Shown here: positions 11,319 to 22,535 of the stretch, piece after piece | Layout of the letters: every line of letters starts with the position of its first letter | Position numbering within the stretch: position 1 is the stretch's first letter | Assembly: GCA_910592345.1 (NCBI GenBank) | Contig: CAJVPI010000221.1 | Coordinates: forward strand, 1-41,365 | Origin: Paraglomus brasilianum | Lineage: Eukaryota | Direction: 5' to 3' | DNA: 41,365 bases | Notes under the pieces: model-generated | Database searches by the model: none | Told to the model about the DNA's origin: nothing | What the model saw: only the letters and a program-made list of their open reading frames with translations | Program-made: the position numbers and the translations under genes

Positions 11319-12612
11319 TATCGATATTGCACATTAGAAAGTTTTATTTGTATATCTTTTTTTTTCCATTAGATTTTTAACGTTAGTTTATCTTAACTGT
11401 TGAGCCAGTAATAAAATGTAGTATGTGGGGACGTTCAAAAAGGTTTGACACAGTGCAATATCTCAGAGATTACTGATCATCTTGACTTGTATATAATCAT
11501 ATTAATAATAAAGCTCGAGTAAAAATCGAACTTATAAATTTTCGATAATTTGTTAATTCGATCGCTTAAATAAGCCAGTGCATATAAATAATACTATAAT
11601 TATTATCCGACCATTAATATAATAAAAATTTCCCATCATACGTATTTTTTTCTTAAAACTAGATTTAGAATTTTATAGGGGGCTTCGCCTCTTGTGGCTG
11701 TTAAGAAGCGAATACGTTTAATTTTATACAGTAATAAAGATATACATACTTATTGTGATGCTGAAGTCCACATGTTCGATTTCTATTACCTAATTGTCGT
11801 GGGCTCATTATCTCAAATTACGTTCATTGTCACAGATACATATTACCTTTTCAGAAAAGCAAAACTATCATAACTACGTTTGTTGAGAAGGGCACACATG
11901 ATAAAAATACACATTTGCGCCACGTTATACTCCCAGTTGATAAGGGAGGGAACGATTAACGAATATATCATTACAAAATTTTCCCCTTTGTCTGTTAGTC
12001 TTTTAGGTGAGGAATATAGTCGCGTTATTGTGTATTTAGGATTACGCCAATGGCTCGTAACCAAGTTCGAGCAAGGGTTACATTTGTTGTAGACTTGGAC
12101 ATTTGAATAGTTTGATCTGTAGAGTGAAATAAATAGATGTTACATGACTGTTTAATTGAAAGAATGTAACCTAATTTATACGTACTGTATGGTGCATCGA
12201 AATAAATAGTAATTTTTTCTTTGTAATTTTTCTGGTACAAGAACATTTACAAGAATAATAGAAATATGGTATAAGTTATCAGATTAATTTTCACGTAATT
12301 TTTACTATGTTGGTATACTTGATAAGTTAAGTAAAAAATGGGTGGATACTTCTCGTGAAATTATTTGCCATACAGCGCTCAAATGTGAGATTGTAATTAT
12401 GCATACTAACTAACGTTTTGGAGATAGTTGCAGCTCCGTGCATAACATCACATGGTAAACTCACTAATTATCTTCCGTTTCGAGTTCGTTATTATGATTT
12501 AGAACCTACTGAATAATATCTTCGTCATTTAACGTCCCGACAGAACTCTCCATGCCGTCGACAAGAATGTTTGCCAGGTTACGATACTGCTAAAAACGTT
12601 CCAAACCATATA

Positions 12613-12770
12613 CAGTAAACTCTCCCTAAGTGCACTTTTAGAGAGAGTGTGCATTTACAGAAAGCAAAATATATAATGCTCTTATAAGCTGGGACTGAAC
12701 TATACCATGCATTTATGGAGAGTTTATATAGTGTGCATTTAGGGAGGGTGCACTTAGGGAGAGTTCACTG
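12613..12770. mobile_element. 158-bp MITE with TA target-site duplication (pogo-like TIRs)
   Basis: TA|CAGTAAACTCTCCCTAAGTGCAC ... GTGCACTTAGGGAGAGTTCACTG|TA. The empty site CCATATACTCATT is present in copy B (reverse complement, ~16628-16640). Confidence 0.92.
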
Positions 12771-12952
12771 TACTCATTTAACTGCCATACAAAAGAAGGA
12801 AATCTGTCAACGTCAAAAGATAAACCTATCGTTTCTGTGATGATCCACCAAACTCGTTTGTAATTTGAACGGTTGAAGTTTATTAATATTAAGAATCCGA
12901 ATTAAAAGGAGTGAATTTGAATAAGCGTCCGAATTAACGTTTTTACCATATA

Positions 12953-13136
12953 CAAGTGGCTCGCGATATAAAAAGGTGATCGGGACCCATAGTAAAAAAT
13001 CTCTTATACCGAGAGTTTATTAGTACCTTTCTTATATAGAGATAGTCATATAGACTATTTTTTAGATCAACTTTCTTATATCAAATTTTAATTAGTGTTT
13101 CTTATTTCGAGAGCTTCTTATATCGAGTTTCACTTG
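12953..13136. mobile_element. 184-bp MITE with TA flanks
   Basis: TA|CAAGTGGCTCGCGATATAA ... TTATATCGAGTTTCACTTG|TA, imperfect TIRs, with internal CTTATATCGAG-like subrepeats. Confidence 0.8.
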
Positions 13137-13400
13137 TATAGGAATGATAGTCATTAAAGTTGTCTTTTACAATACTTAATTTATACGTTGATCGTGACAG
13201 CTGTCCGAACCGAATTATCGTAATATAATAAGTATCGGACGAATAAAAGGAAGAATCTGACATGAAAAAAAGAGTCCGCCGTTAAAAGTCCGGACTATCG
13301 GAAATCCGAATTAAAGGGGGACGAATTAACGGCAGTTGACTATACTCCCAATTCTCCGGTATAACGCATGAGGAACTATTATAAATTGCTATGAAAAAGT

Positions 13401-13401
<1 letters not shown>

Positions 13402-13434
<33 letters not shown>
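13402..13434 (+). repeat. Poly(A) tract (A33)
   Basis: Read directly. Confidence 0.9.
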
Positions 13435-13435
<1 letters not shown>

Positions 13436-14528
13436 GCTCGCAATAAAGTGAATGACCGCCAAAGGAGCTATTTTCACGGATCGAAATTAATTTACGACTG
13501 AGGAATTAACTGACTTATCTGGTAAATTAGCCAAGATAAAAGAATATCTCGATTGCTAATTACTCCGCAGATATTTCTTCTACCCTAAATCGGTGGGATT
13601 AATTCCGATAGTCCGTAGGATGCAATGGGGGATATCTTACATTCAAGTACGTGTATACGCGTATTTGGTAATAATTAACAATCGTTTTTGCCAATTATGA
13701 AATTGATGGACAAGATCAATTATACACAACGACTCCGGAACCCGCGGTTTACGATTGCAGAGTCGCTGAAGTGGCTAGGATATTAATGTCCAATATATTA
13801 ATATATAAATGATAATCTAATAATAGTACAAGTGTTGAAGAAATGTTCAGATTAAAGAAGAAATACACTGAAGAGCTTAAGAAACTACGACTGCTTGTGT
13901 ATCTTTAGATTGTTTCACTAAAATAATCGAATGGCAAGATTTTTTTCGATAAAACAAAAAACAAATTAATAATCGAATGGCAAGAATTTTGTCCCGGTTT
14001 GGTTTGTTTTCTTGCGTATGACACGAATCGCAGATTGAATAATAATAGACCAACAATAAGTCTGGTTCCAAATTATTATTGGTTTGGAAATCATATAACG
14101 CCATCTGACACGTATTTCGTCATTCCGTAGAATCATCTCCCCGATCAGCACTACTATGAATAACCTGGATCTCCTATTACAAAAAATATTTACTACATAT
14201 GCGTAAAGCGTCATACAGTACGTAACAAGTAAGCGTCCACATAAACGCGCAAGCTTAGATCATTTGCATACATAAGCTTATCAAGTGGCTAGCTATTAGT
14301 AAATAATAAAAGCCGTCTGGTTTGTTTACTAAACATTCGATACTTTAGGATATGCATATTATTAGTAATCCATATTCAATTCTTATTAATTTACTTATTT
14401 CAAGCGCGCATGTTTCCAAATAATGTAAACAAGGTTTATGCACTTTCATGTACTTTATATGCTCTTTTTCATTCACCTTCTCTTCCTCACCATTACTAAT
14501 TATTGTTTAATATAAGCTAATAATTAAG

Positions 14529-16111
14529 CTATAGCTTATCAACAGAAAACACCTCCCAATCAACCCATGTAAATCTATCTTCAGTAGACCTGATTGGAAT
14601 TTGATAATTGCTCTTATTAGCAATAGGTGCATAATATCTATCAAAGTAACTACCAAAAAATAAGGCACCACTCTGACCAAAACAGGGCAAATAATTCGAA
14701 TTTTCGTAAATAGCATACTTTTCATTCTTAATAAAACTTGCTATGCTCTTTTCAATATCATCCTTATTCAGCGAAAATATAAAACTTTCTCTAGTTGAAA
14801 CACATCCATCATCACTAGTACTCCACGACAACGGGTTATATCCACCAAGTATTTCTTCTGTATCCTTTACTCTTCCTACAGCAATTGTCGGTCCTTTATT
14901 TGTACACATTCGCCGAAAATTTTTAGCTATTGTCTTCTTATCGTTATTATTACTATTATCTCTGCTTTCTCGATAAAGCAAAGTCAGCTTATAAGGAACA
15001 ATTGGTTCACGGGCTGGACCTTGTTCAACTCGGTCACTTTGTGTTGATTCTGCGATTTTCTGTAAGATCCATAATGCTTGTTGTTTATTAATGACAACTG
15101 AATCAATATCAGGTTGCTGTACTTTCCTTTGTGGTAACATTCGCGTTTTTGGTTTATGATTATTTTGCAGATAATAAGAAAGTAGATCAGATCGTAACTC
15201 TCTTGGTAATAATTCAATATATGGAGCAACCTTTTCATTGAATACTTTAGCTGACATGTTAAAGAATCTAATATGAGGTATACATTCTGCTGTTATGTCT
15301 TTGACTGCATAAACATCAGTAAGTGACCAATTGGTTGGATTATCCGTAAGTCCAGAAATTTGATTAACAGCCCATTGTACAGCTGACATCCAAACATCAC
15401 CTTCATCCATATTAAGCTCATCGCTCTTAAGAAGGTTAATGAAGATCGCTTTCGGTAATTCCGCCATGTTATTGGACTTGAGGATAATATCTGGAGATGA
15501 TAACATAAGTTGATTACAATAATCTCCAAGTCTATGCAGGGAGTCTGTCGATGATGCATAGTTATAAACTGTGAGAATGTTTTGTTTTATCCATTTCTCA
15601 TGTTGTTTGATCAAATAATCTCCAATCGCAGTACAGAAAGTGTTTAACCCAAGCTTATTAGCTCCTTCCAAAAGAACAATCCAAGATATACCCTCACATG
15701 AATGAGAATGCACTTTTCCTGAGTAAACGAATCTATGAGTACAAATAAGTGTGAGTACTAATCAAGATGTAAGCATACACTAACGGCAAAGGATATAGTG
15801 GATAGATTCACTCAACTAGTGGGGGACAATGTAGTGAATGAGACTTACCTAAGCAAAATTTCAAAAATATCAGGTTTAATGTCTTCGAACGCCATCGTAG
15901 TTTGTTGAATGTCGTTAGAGACCTCTGTATTTCCGGTTAGCTTGTCTTCGAAGTATGGGCACCTTGTACATAATATCAAGGAATGAGCAAGAAATATCTT
16001 GCTGTTTGGCTCTCGACCGACATGAATTGAAATATCGGTATATTTTCCGCTTTCGTAAAGCTTTTCATAATCCAACGAAACATCAGAAAGTAATTCAATT
16101 ACGCTACTCAT
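14529..16111 (-). CDS. BTB/POZ-BACK-TLDc protein, 2 exons (16111-15849, 15732-14529)
   Basis: Exon 1 encodes the BTB N-half (YTDISIHVG..IFLAHSLILCTRCPYF..FEILLR), spliced GT-AG to FVYSG. A BACK-like region (LLKSDEL..EGDVW..WA..IRF) and a TLDc domain (LLYRESRD..CTNKGPT..ILGGYNPLSW..SFIFSL..PCFG..WEVF) follow. This architecture is greatly expanded in Glomeromycotina. Confidence 0.92.
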
Positions 16112-16393
16112 TTTCAATTGGCAAGTAAGTTGGAAGCTCGATGTAAAAATGCAAGATATTAATATCTAGTTTGCAGTGTGTGTAACATAGTAAGCAGATC
16201 GTAATATTCAGAATACTTGTAAGTCTTTCTGACATTTTTCCAGAAAATGTATGCGAACAATTAATACTGTCGAGCGAGAGAGCGTTCAGTAATTGGCCTT
16301 GGGATTTAGCTTTTTCAATCGAGGCTTGACTAACCTCTACTGCTGCTTAAAATCGCTAATACGTTTAGTGATAGTATTTTTGGTTTTATTATA

Positions 16394-16710
16394 CAGTCAA
16401 CTGCCGTTAATATTAATTCGGACGCCAACTTCCGAGGTCGGAATTATCTTCCGTTTCGAGTTCGTTAAGAACCTCCTGAATAATATCTTCGTCATTTAAC
16501 GTCCCGACAGAACTCTCTATGCCGTCGACAAGAATGAATTCTACTCGTTTGCCAGGTTACGATAGGATATATAAGGATTATCTTTTTGTCGTTGACTGAT
16601 TTCCTTTTGTATGGCAGTTAAATTAAAATGAGTATATGGTTTGGAACGTTTTTAGCAGTATCGTTTCTGTGATAATTCATCAAACTCGCGCATTAATATT
16701 AGTTGAAGCA
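16394..16710 (+). mobile_element. Copy B (left TIR end) of the element at 12466-13342, in the divergent BTB/PEX10 promoter region
   Basis: TA|CAGTCAACTGCCGTTAAT start. AATTATCTTCCGTTTCGAGTTCGTTA...GTCCCGACAGAACTCT...TTTGCCAGGTTACGATA is shared with copy A. Confidence 0.8.
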
Positions 16711-16797
16711 ACAAATAAATCTATTGGTCAGAATAAATGCCATGTGACCTATATTATTTACACCAGACATATGCGTTCGAATAAAGATTCTTTGAGA

Positions 16798-18399
16798 ATG
16801 TCCGAAATTATTGACACGAAACCGACTGCGGAGGCAAATAACGGAACTGAAACTAAGAACAAAAACAACAATACTGTAAAACAAGACGTTAATCTTTTCT
16901 TCCCGTACGCTGCACAACCAGATATAAGTGCGTGACTTTCGTCTCATGTCAGCGAATGCTTGCATTATTGTGATGATCTAATCTTTGCCAACCGTGGTTT
17001 TCTGGCCCAGTTCGCTCAAATCAAAAGGATGCTTTTTATAGAGGAGTACTTGAAACCCAAGTAAGAACAGTCTTCAGGCAATATTACGGTGAGACATCAT
17101 GAATTTCCTTCTGATCGGTTGATAAGAGATTTGGGTGATGATTCGTATTGCTTGATTATATCTCGCTAACAATACTCGAACAGGCACGCGAAGTCAACAC
17201 TTGCATCAAAAGGAACTTAGTCTGCTCTCTGATTTGTGTTATTTTTGTCTAACAACGTTACTTGGTAAATATCACTGTGGGCGGGGTCATTACGAGTCGG
17301 ATCAGCATCTCATCACATATCTTAAATTAGGTACGCAAACACTTGGAGAAGAATATTGTGATATACTACAAATATCTGAAAAGACAAATAAATTCCCTTC
17401 TGTAAAAGTAACGTCATTCTCTCAACCAGTTCTACTATTTATTGCTATATATTACTATTGCCACTAGCATTATTACTGTAATCTTTTTAGATACGTGCTC
17501 TGGTTCTGTTCTATCAGCTTATTCTACCCTATTTGTTCACGCAATCTGTCTCGAAAATACGGCGCAGTACGAGACCAAGCACATTTTCGTCAAATCGCTA
17601 TGAAGGACTCTGGAGCGATTTCGTGCATAAGATCCTCCCAAAGTTAGAAAGCTTTACAAATAATTACACACATACACTACATCTGGCAATATTCTATTTC
17701 GCCGGGGCATATTATAGTTTTTCCAAAAGATTAGGTGGCGTGAGATATGTGAGTCATGGCCTCTATTGCTAGTGATTTTGGTTGTTAGGCAGGTAGTTGC
17801 GTGATTTTTGACTGATACGTTATTCTTAGATTTTTACGCGCCAATTAGGGCCAGGAGAAGAACGCCTTGGATATGAAGTACTCGGGTTCTTGATCTTTGT
17901 TCAATTACTGATTCAGTTATATTTATATAAGGCCAACGACGAGGTTGAATCTAGTTCCGCCAGTGAGCAACCTGTGGATTATTTTGAAGAGTACGTTTAT
18001 TCCTACAGATGACTAGGTCAAAATATGTTCGCGTGTGACAGATTCTAATCTTATAACTTATTCAACTGTTCTAGTGGCTTTCCTTCTTCTTCAAAGGATA
18101 CGGGAAGTACTGTCCGGATGACTCAAGCCGAATTTAACGCAAAGAAATGTATATTATGTTTATCACCACGAAAGAACACTACTGCGACTCCATGTGGTCA
18201 TTTGTTTTGTTGGAGTTGTATCTTGGAATGGTGTCAAAACAAGGTAAAGAGGACGAGGAATTGATATTGAATGTATGAATGTGATAGGCTTGTATGTAAA
18301 AGGTTATTAACTGTCTTTTCACAACTGCAGCCTGAATGTCCGCTATGCAGACAAAGCGTTAATCTCTCTCGACTACTACCATTATATAACTACTATTGA
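16798..18399 (+). CDS. PEX10: Peroxin 10, RING E3 ligase, multi-exon
   Basis: Motifs [31 protein letters not shown] and [18 protein letters not shown], with a C-terminal [44 protein letters not shown]. Stop TGA at 18397-18399. Confidence 0.95.
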
Positions 18400-19640
18400 A
18401 ATGGAAGGACAATCCTTAATAAATAATGCACAACAATTTGTAAATTTACCCCGTCTGTTTGTCGCCCTTCCTTCGACGTATTTGATCTCTATACAAATCA
18501 GCTACCAGTACCGCGCCTATTAAGAGAGATAAATCACAAGGCGTCATTTTTGGCTTTGATCCCCAAAGGAAACATGTAGGTGTTGGCTGAACTTGCAGAG
18601 TTGTATAGGTTTGAAGCATTGCCAGAAAATAGAATTATGTACAATATTTCTCCATCAACTTAATTATTGAGGACAGCCTGAATGTCACTACCACTTAGTA
18701 AAGTGACCTAATTCTATCAGTTCCGTATTTAAAATTTTGTGACAAATATTTGTAACGTAATTATATCCTTGATAACCGGGCTCTCTAGCTTGAACTGCTT
18801 GTCACAATGGGGTTTGTTCTGAGTAGGCTATTTTATCTTACATTTTAACCATTTGGTCCAATTAATTGTCAATACGAGTGAATCACTTGTAGTATATTAC
18901 TTGTGTCTGTTATTTTTTAGAATTCACTATCTTTAAATAAAATAATTAAAAAAGAAACCTATACGAAAAGGATGAATTCTTGCTAGGAATATCCAGTACC
19001 GGACGGAGCAAATGAATTAGCTAGAATCGAGTTATAACCCGACCAGGACATATTCGTGACAATTCTACTGATAGCTAATAGCTAGCATCTTTAAATTATA
19101 TAAGTTACATTTGCAGTTCGAAAATCGAATTATAAAACCTGTCTTTTACTAGTGGACGCGTGTCCAAATCCGCCATCAAGACGTTTTTACTTCAATAATG
19201 TAATACTTGACAAGAAAGAAGGAGTACTTCGAAAATATACGAATTATCAAGGCTCATCGTTGCAGGGTTGGTGGTCCATTCTGGTGAATGAAAAAAAAAA
19301 ATAGTTGCTACAAAATGTCAGCATCTCCCAAAACTAATATTAATATGTGAAGCGTAATTCTATAATAATAATAAATCATTCATTGTCAGAAATAATTTAA
19401 AAACATTGTTCAGCTTCGTATTTCGCGCGTTTGTTAATTGGTTAATAAATGAAAGTTTTCTATTTTTCTTGTCAAACTTTCCCCCATATAAAAGATACTA
19501 ATACGCCTTTTTATTTAAACTGTGTAGGTTTGTATCACGTGATGTAAATCAGGCATTAATTTTTTGCCAGGAACGGCAAGAAAACGCATCAAAACTGTGT
19601 GTGATCACTCTGCCATCTCGCCCCACGAAACTAGTTCCAG

Positions 19641-22346
19641 ATGTCACGCCCGGCAATTCCTATGATTGTATGTCTTAACGGTTATGGTGTAGTTGGTTAC
19701 CATTCGCAAGAAGTCAGCTTTTATGTAACAAGCTTGCCTAGCGTTAGCTTGAACGAGCGTGTATAATGAATCTTTGTCATTTACTCCGTGCTCAAAGCCG
19801 CTTGTCTTGCGCATTAATGATGGGGCCTGTTTGAATACGCGTTGATTTGTTTTGAATAGAAAATAATTGCTCTATTTTATTCTGTACGAAATGTATCTGT
19901 TATTAGCAACCTCAAATTATCCTCCTCAAGGAGGGTACAGATACCTCCCAGGGTCGATCACAGTTGCTTTCCAATATCAATGCTTGTATGGCAGTAGTGG
20001 ATACTGTGAGAACGACATTAGGTCCCAGGGGAATGGATAAGTTGATCGTTGATGAGAAGGGTGAGTTGGACGAAAGTGGAACCCCCGATCCCCCATACGA
20101 GTCGAATCTAATCTAACGTACTTGTCGTCATTAGGAGATGTTACCATTTCTAATGATGGAGCTACTATTATGAAGTTATTAGACGTTGTGCATCCGGCAG
20201 CCAAGACACTCGTTGACATTGCACGATCGCAAGACGCAGAAGTAAGTCGTCTAGGCCGTTTGATTTGTGTATATAATTTTTTCGCATTTTTCGGATCATT
20301 CGCGATTATTCAACCGCTATTCATCTGCCAAAGGCTGGAGATGGGACAACGACCGTGGTGCTATTGGCAGGAGAGCTGCTGAAAGAAGTCAAGGGATACA
20401 TTGAGGAGGGCGTAAGCCCTCATGTCATAATGAAGGGTTACCGTACTGCTTGTCAATTGGTGAGTCCATTCGATAACACTAAATTGAAGTGAGTTCATAG
20501 CATGTCAGTTTGTCTCATTAAATAAAACAAATGCATAGAAAATCTTCTGACCTGTTACTATAATGGGTGCAAGTAGGCGATTAACAAAATAAAGGAGATT
20601 GCAGTTAGTATTGAGCGCACAAGCACAAACGAGGCGTAAGTGGATAAAAAATTTTTTTATATAATCATCTAGTTTGATTTATAAAAAAGTATGCGCTCAC
20701 TCAACATTTATATCGTTTCAGTGAATTTCGAAATCTACTCAGTAAATGTGCTGGAACGGCCATGTCATCAAAACTCATATACTCGCACAAAGACTTTTTT
20801 ACAAATATGGTGGTTGATGCAGTGCTAACTTTGGATCAGGATGAGCTCAATGAGAAGTTGATTGGCGTTAAAAGAATACCTGGTGGTGCAATGGAGGTAA
20901 ATATAATGCATATGATGCTCTACGTTTATCAATTTATTTATCCGTTACTCTAATCGATCGTATCATACAATAAAATAGGACTCGATGCTTGTGGATGGTG
21001 TCGCGTTTAAGAAAACATTCTCTTACGCGGGCTTTGAACAACAACCCAAGTCATTCAAGAATCCAAAGATTCTTTCCTTGAACGTTGAACTAGAGTTGAA
21101 AGCTGAAAAGGATAATGCAGAAGTCAGAGTTGAAGACGTCAGTGTATGTAGGACGGTTAGCCGTGTGGTGACATTATGAGTAATAATCTGTATATACACA
21201 ATATGCATTAGTCATTCATACAGTTATTATACGTATTTGTTATTGCATGTTCATAGTATGTGCAAATCATTTATACCTCCATTAATTAATTGCGCTATTA
21301 TTTTAGGAATATCAAGCTATCGTAGATGCTGAATGGCAAATCATCTATTCCAAGTTGGAAGCCATCGTGAAGACAGGAGCCAAAGTTGTTTTGTCCAAAC
21401 TACCAATTGGTGACTTGGCTACTCAATACTTTGCTGACAGAGATATCTTTTGTGCTGGACGTGTGCCTGCCGATGACCTCAATCGTGTAGTGCAAGCATT
21501 GGGCGGTTCGATCCAATCAACAACATCAGATATCGAAGAGAAGCATTTGGGTACATGCGAGCATTTTGAAGAGCGACAAATAGGCGGAGAGAGATTTAAT
21601 ATGTTCCGAGGCTGCCCAGCTGCCAAGACGTGTACTTTAATATTGAGAGGCGGTGCCGAACAGTTTATTGCCGAGGTCGAGAGAAGTTTACACGATGCTA
21701 TAATGATAGTAAAGAGGTGCATCAAGAACAACTTGATTGTAGCTGGAGGTGGAGCAATTGAGGTATGTATGTTGTCGGATTGTTTGGTGTGCATTTCTCA
21801 ATAGGAAACAAGATTGTGTGACTGTATTGCATTGATTTTATTAGATGGAACTATCAAAATACCTTCGAGACCATTCTCGAACTATCCTAGGCAAACAACA
21901 ACTGATTATTGGCGCATTTGGGCGCGCCTTGGAGGTTATCCCTCGACAGCTATGTGATAACGCAGGATTTGATGCTACCGATATATTAAATAGGCTTAGG
22001 ATGAAGCACGCACAAGGTATACCATCGATTTGGCAGTTTCATCGTCGTTTTTCGTTGTTTTCATTTCCTAACGCTTATTTCGTTACTGTTCTAAGGCGCC
22101 GTCTGGCATGGGGTAGACATTAATTCCGAGTCAATTGCTGATAATTTTGATGCCTTCGTATGGGAACCCGCCCTTGTGAAGTCTAACGCCATTGCCGCAG
22201 CCACTGAGGCTGCTTGCTTGATTCTCAGTGTTGATGAGACTGTTAAAAACCCTCAATCGGAAAAGCCTCAGGGTGGTCCACCCATGCCAAGGGGTGCTGC
22301 ACAACGTGCTGTCAGAGGCCGTGGTCGAGGTATCCCTCGGCGATAA
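19641..22346 (+). CDS. CCT7: Chaperonin CCT/TRiC subunit eta, multi-exon
   Basis: Motifs [78 protein letters not shown] and [22 protein letters not shown], with a C-terminal RGRGRG tail. Confidence 0.97.
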
Positions 22347-22535
22347 TTAAAAAGTAGATGCATGATGCAAGTAGGCGGGAATGTATAGAATCTGGTTATG
22401 TACAAGCGAAATTATCGACTTATATGTTCTTTAATACATAAATTTGTCAAAGTTACACTTCACTGCTTTCAGTCACATGATGTGTTACGCATGTGTATAT
22501 TTGTTAGATTTTTACCAATTGAGTATTTGCACTCA

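Larger units (their letters stand above)
12466..13342 (+). mobile_element. Non-autonomous pogo/Tc1-type element, copy A (left end lost, right TIR kept), carrying two nested MITEs
   Basis: 12466-12860 is homologous to 16441-16710. The right end GAATTAACGGCAGTTGACT(A)TA is the reverse complement of the left TIR CAGTCAACTGCCGTTAAT at 16394. Confidence 0.75.

Noticed and set aside
8339..11332. Several minus-strand ORFs up to 179 aa
   Set aside because: Antisense shadows of the ATPase with no recognisable motifs.
19680..19760. Possible tRNA gene
   Set aside because: A-box-like motif only, with no T-loop GTTCGA or acceptor stem.
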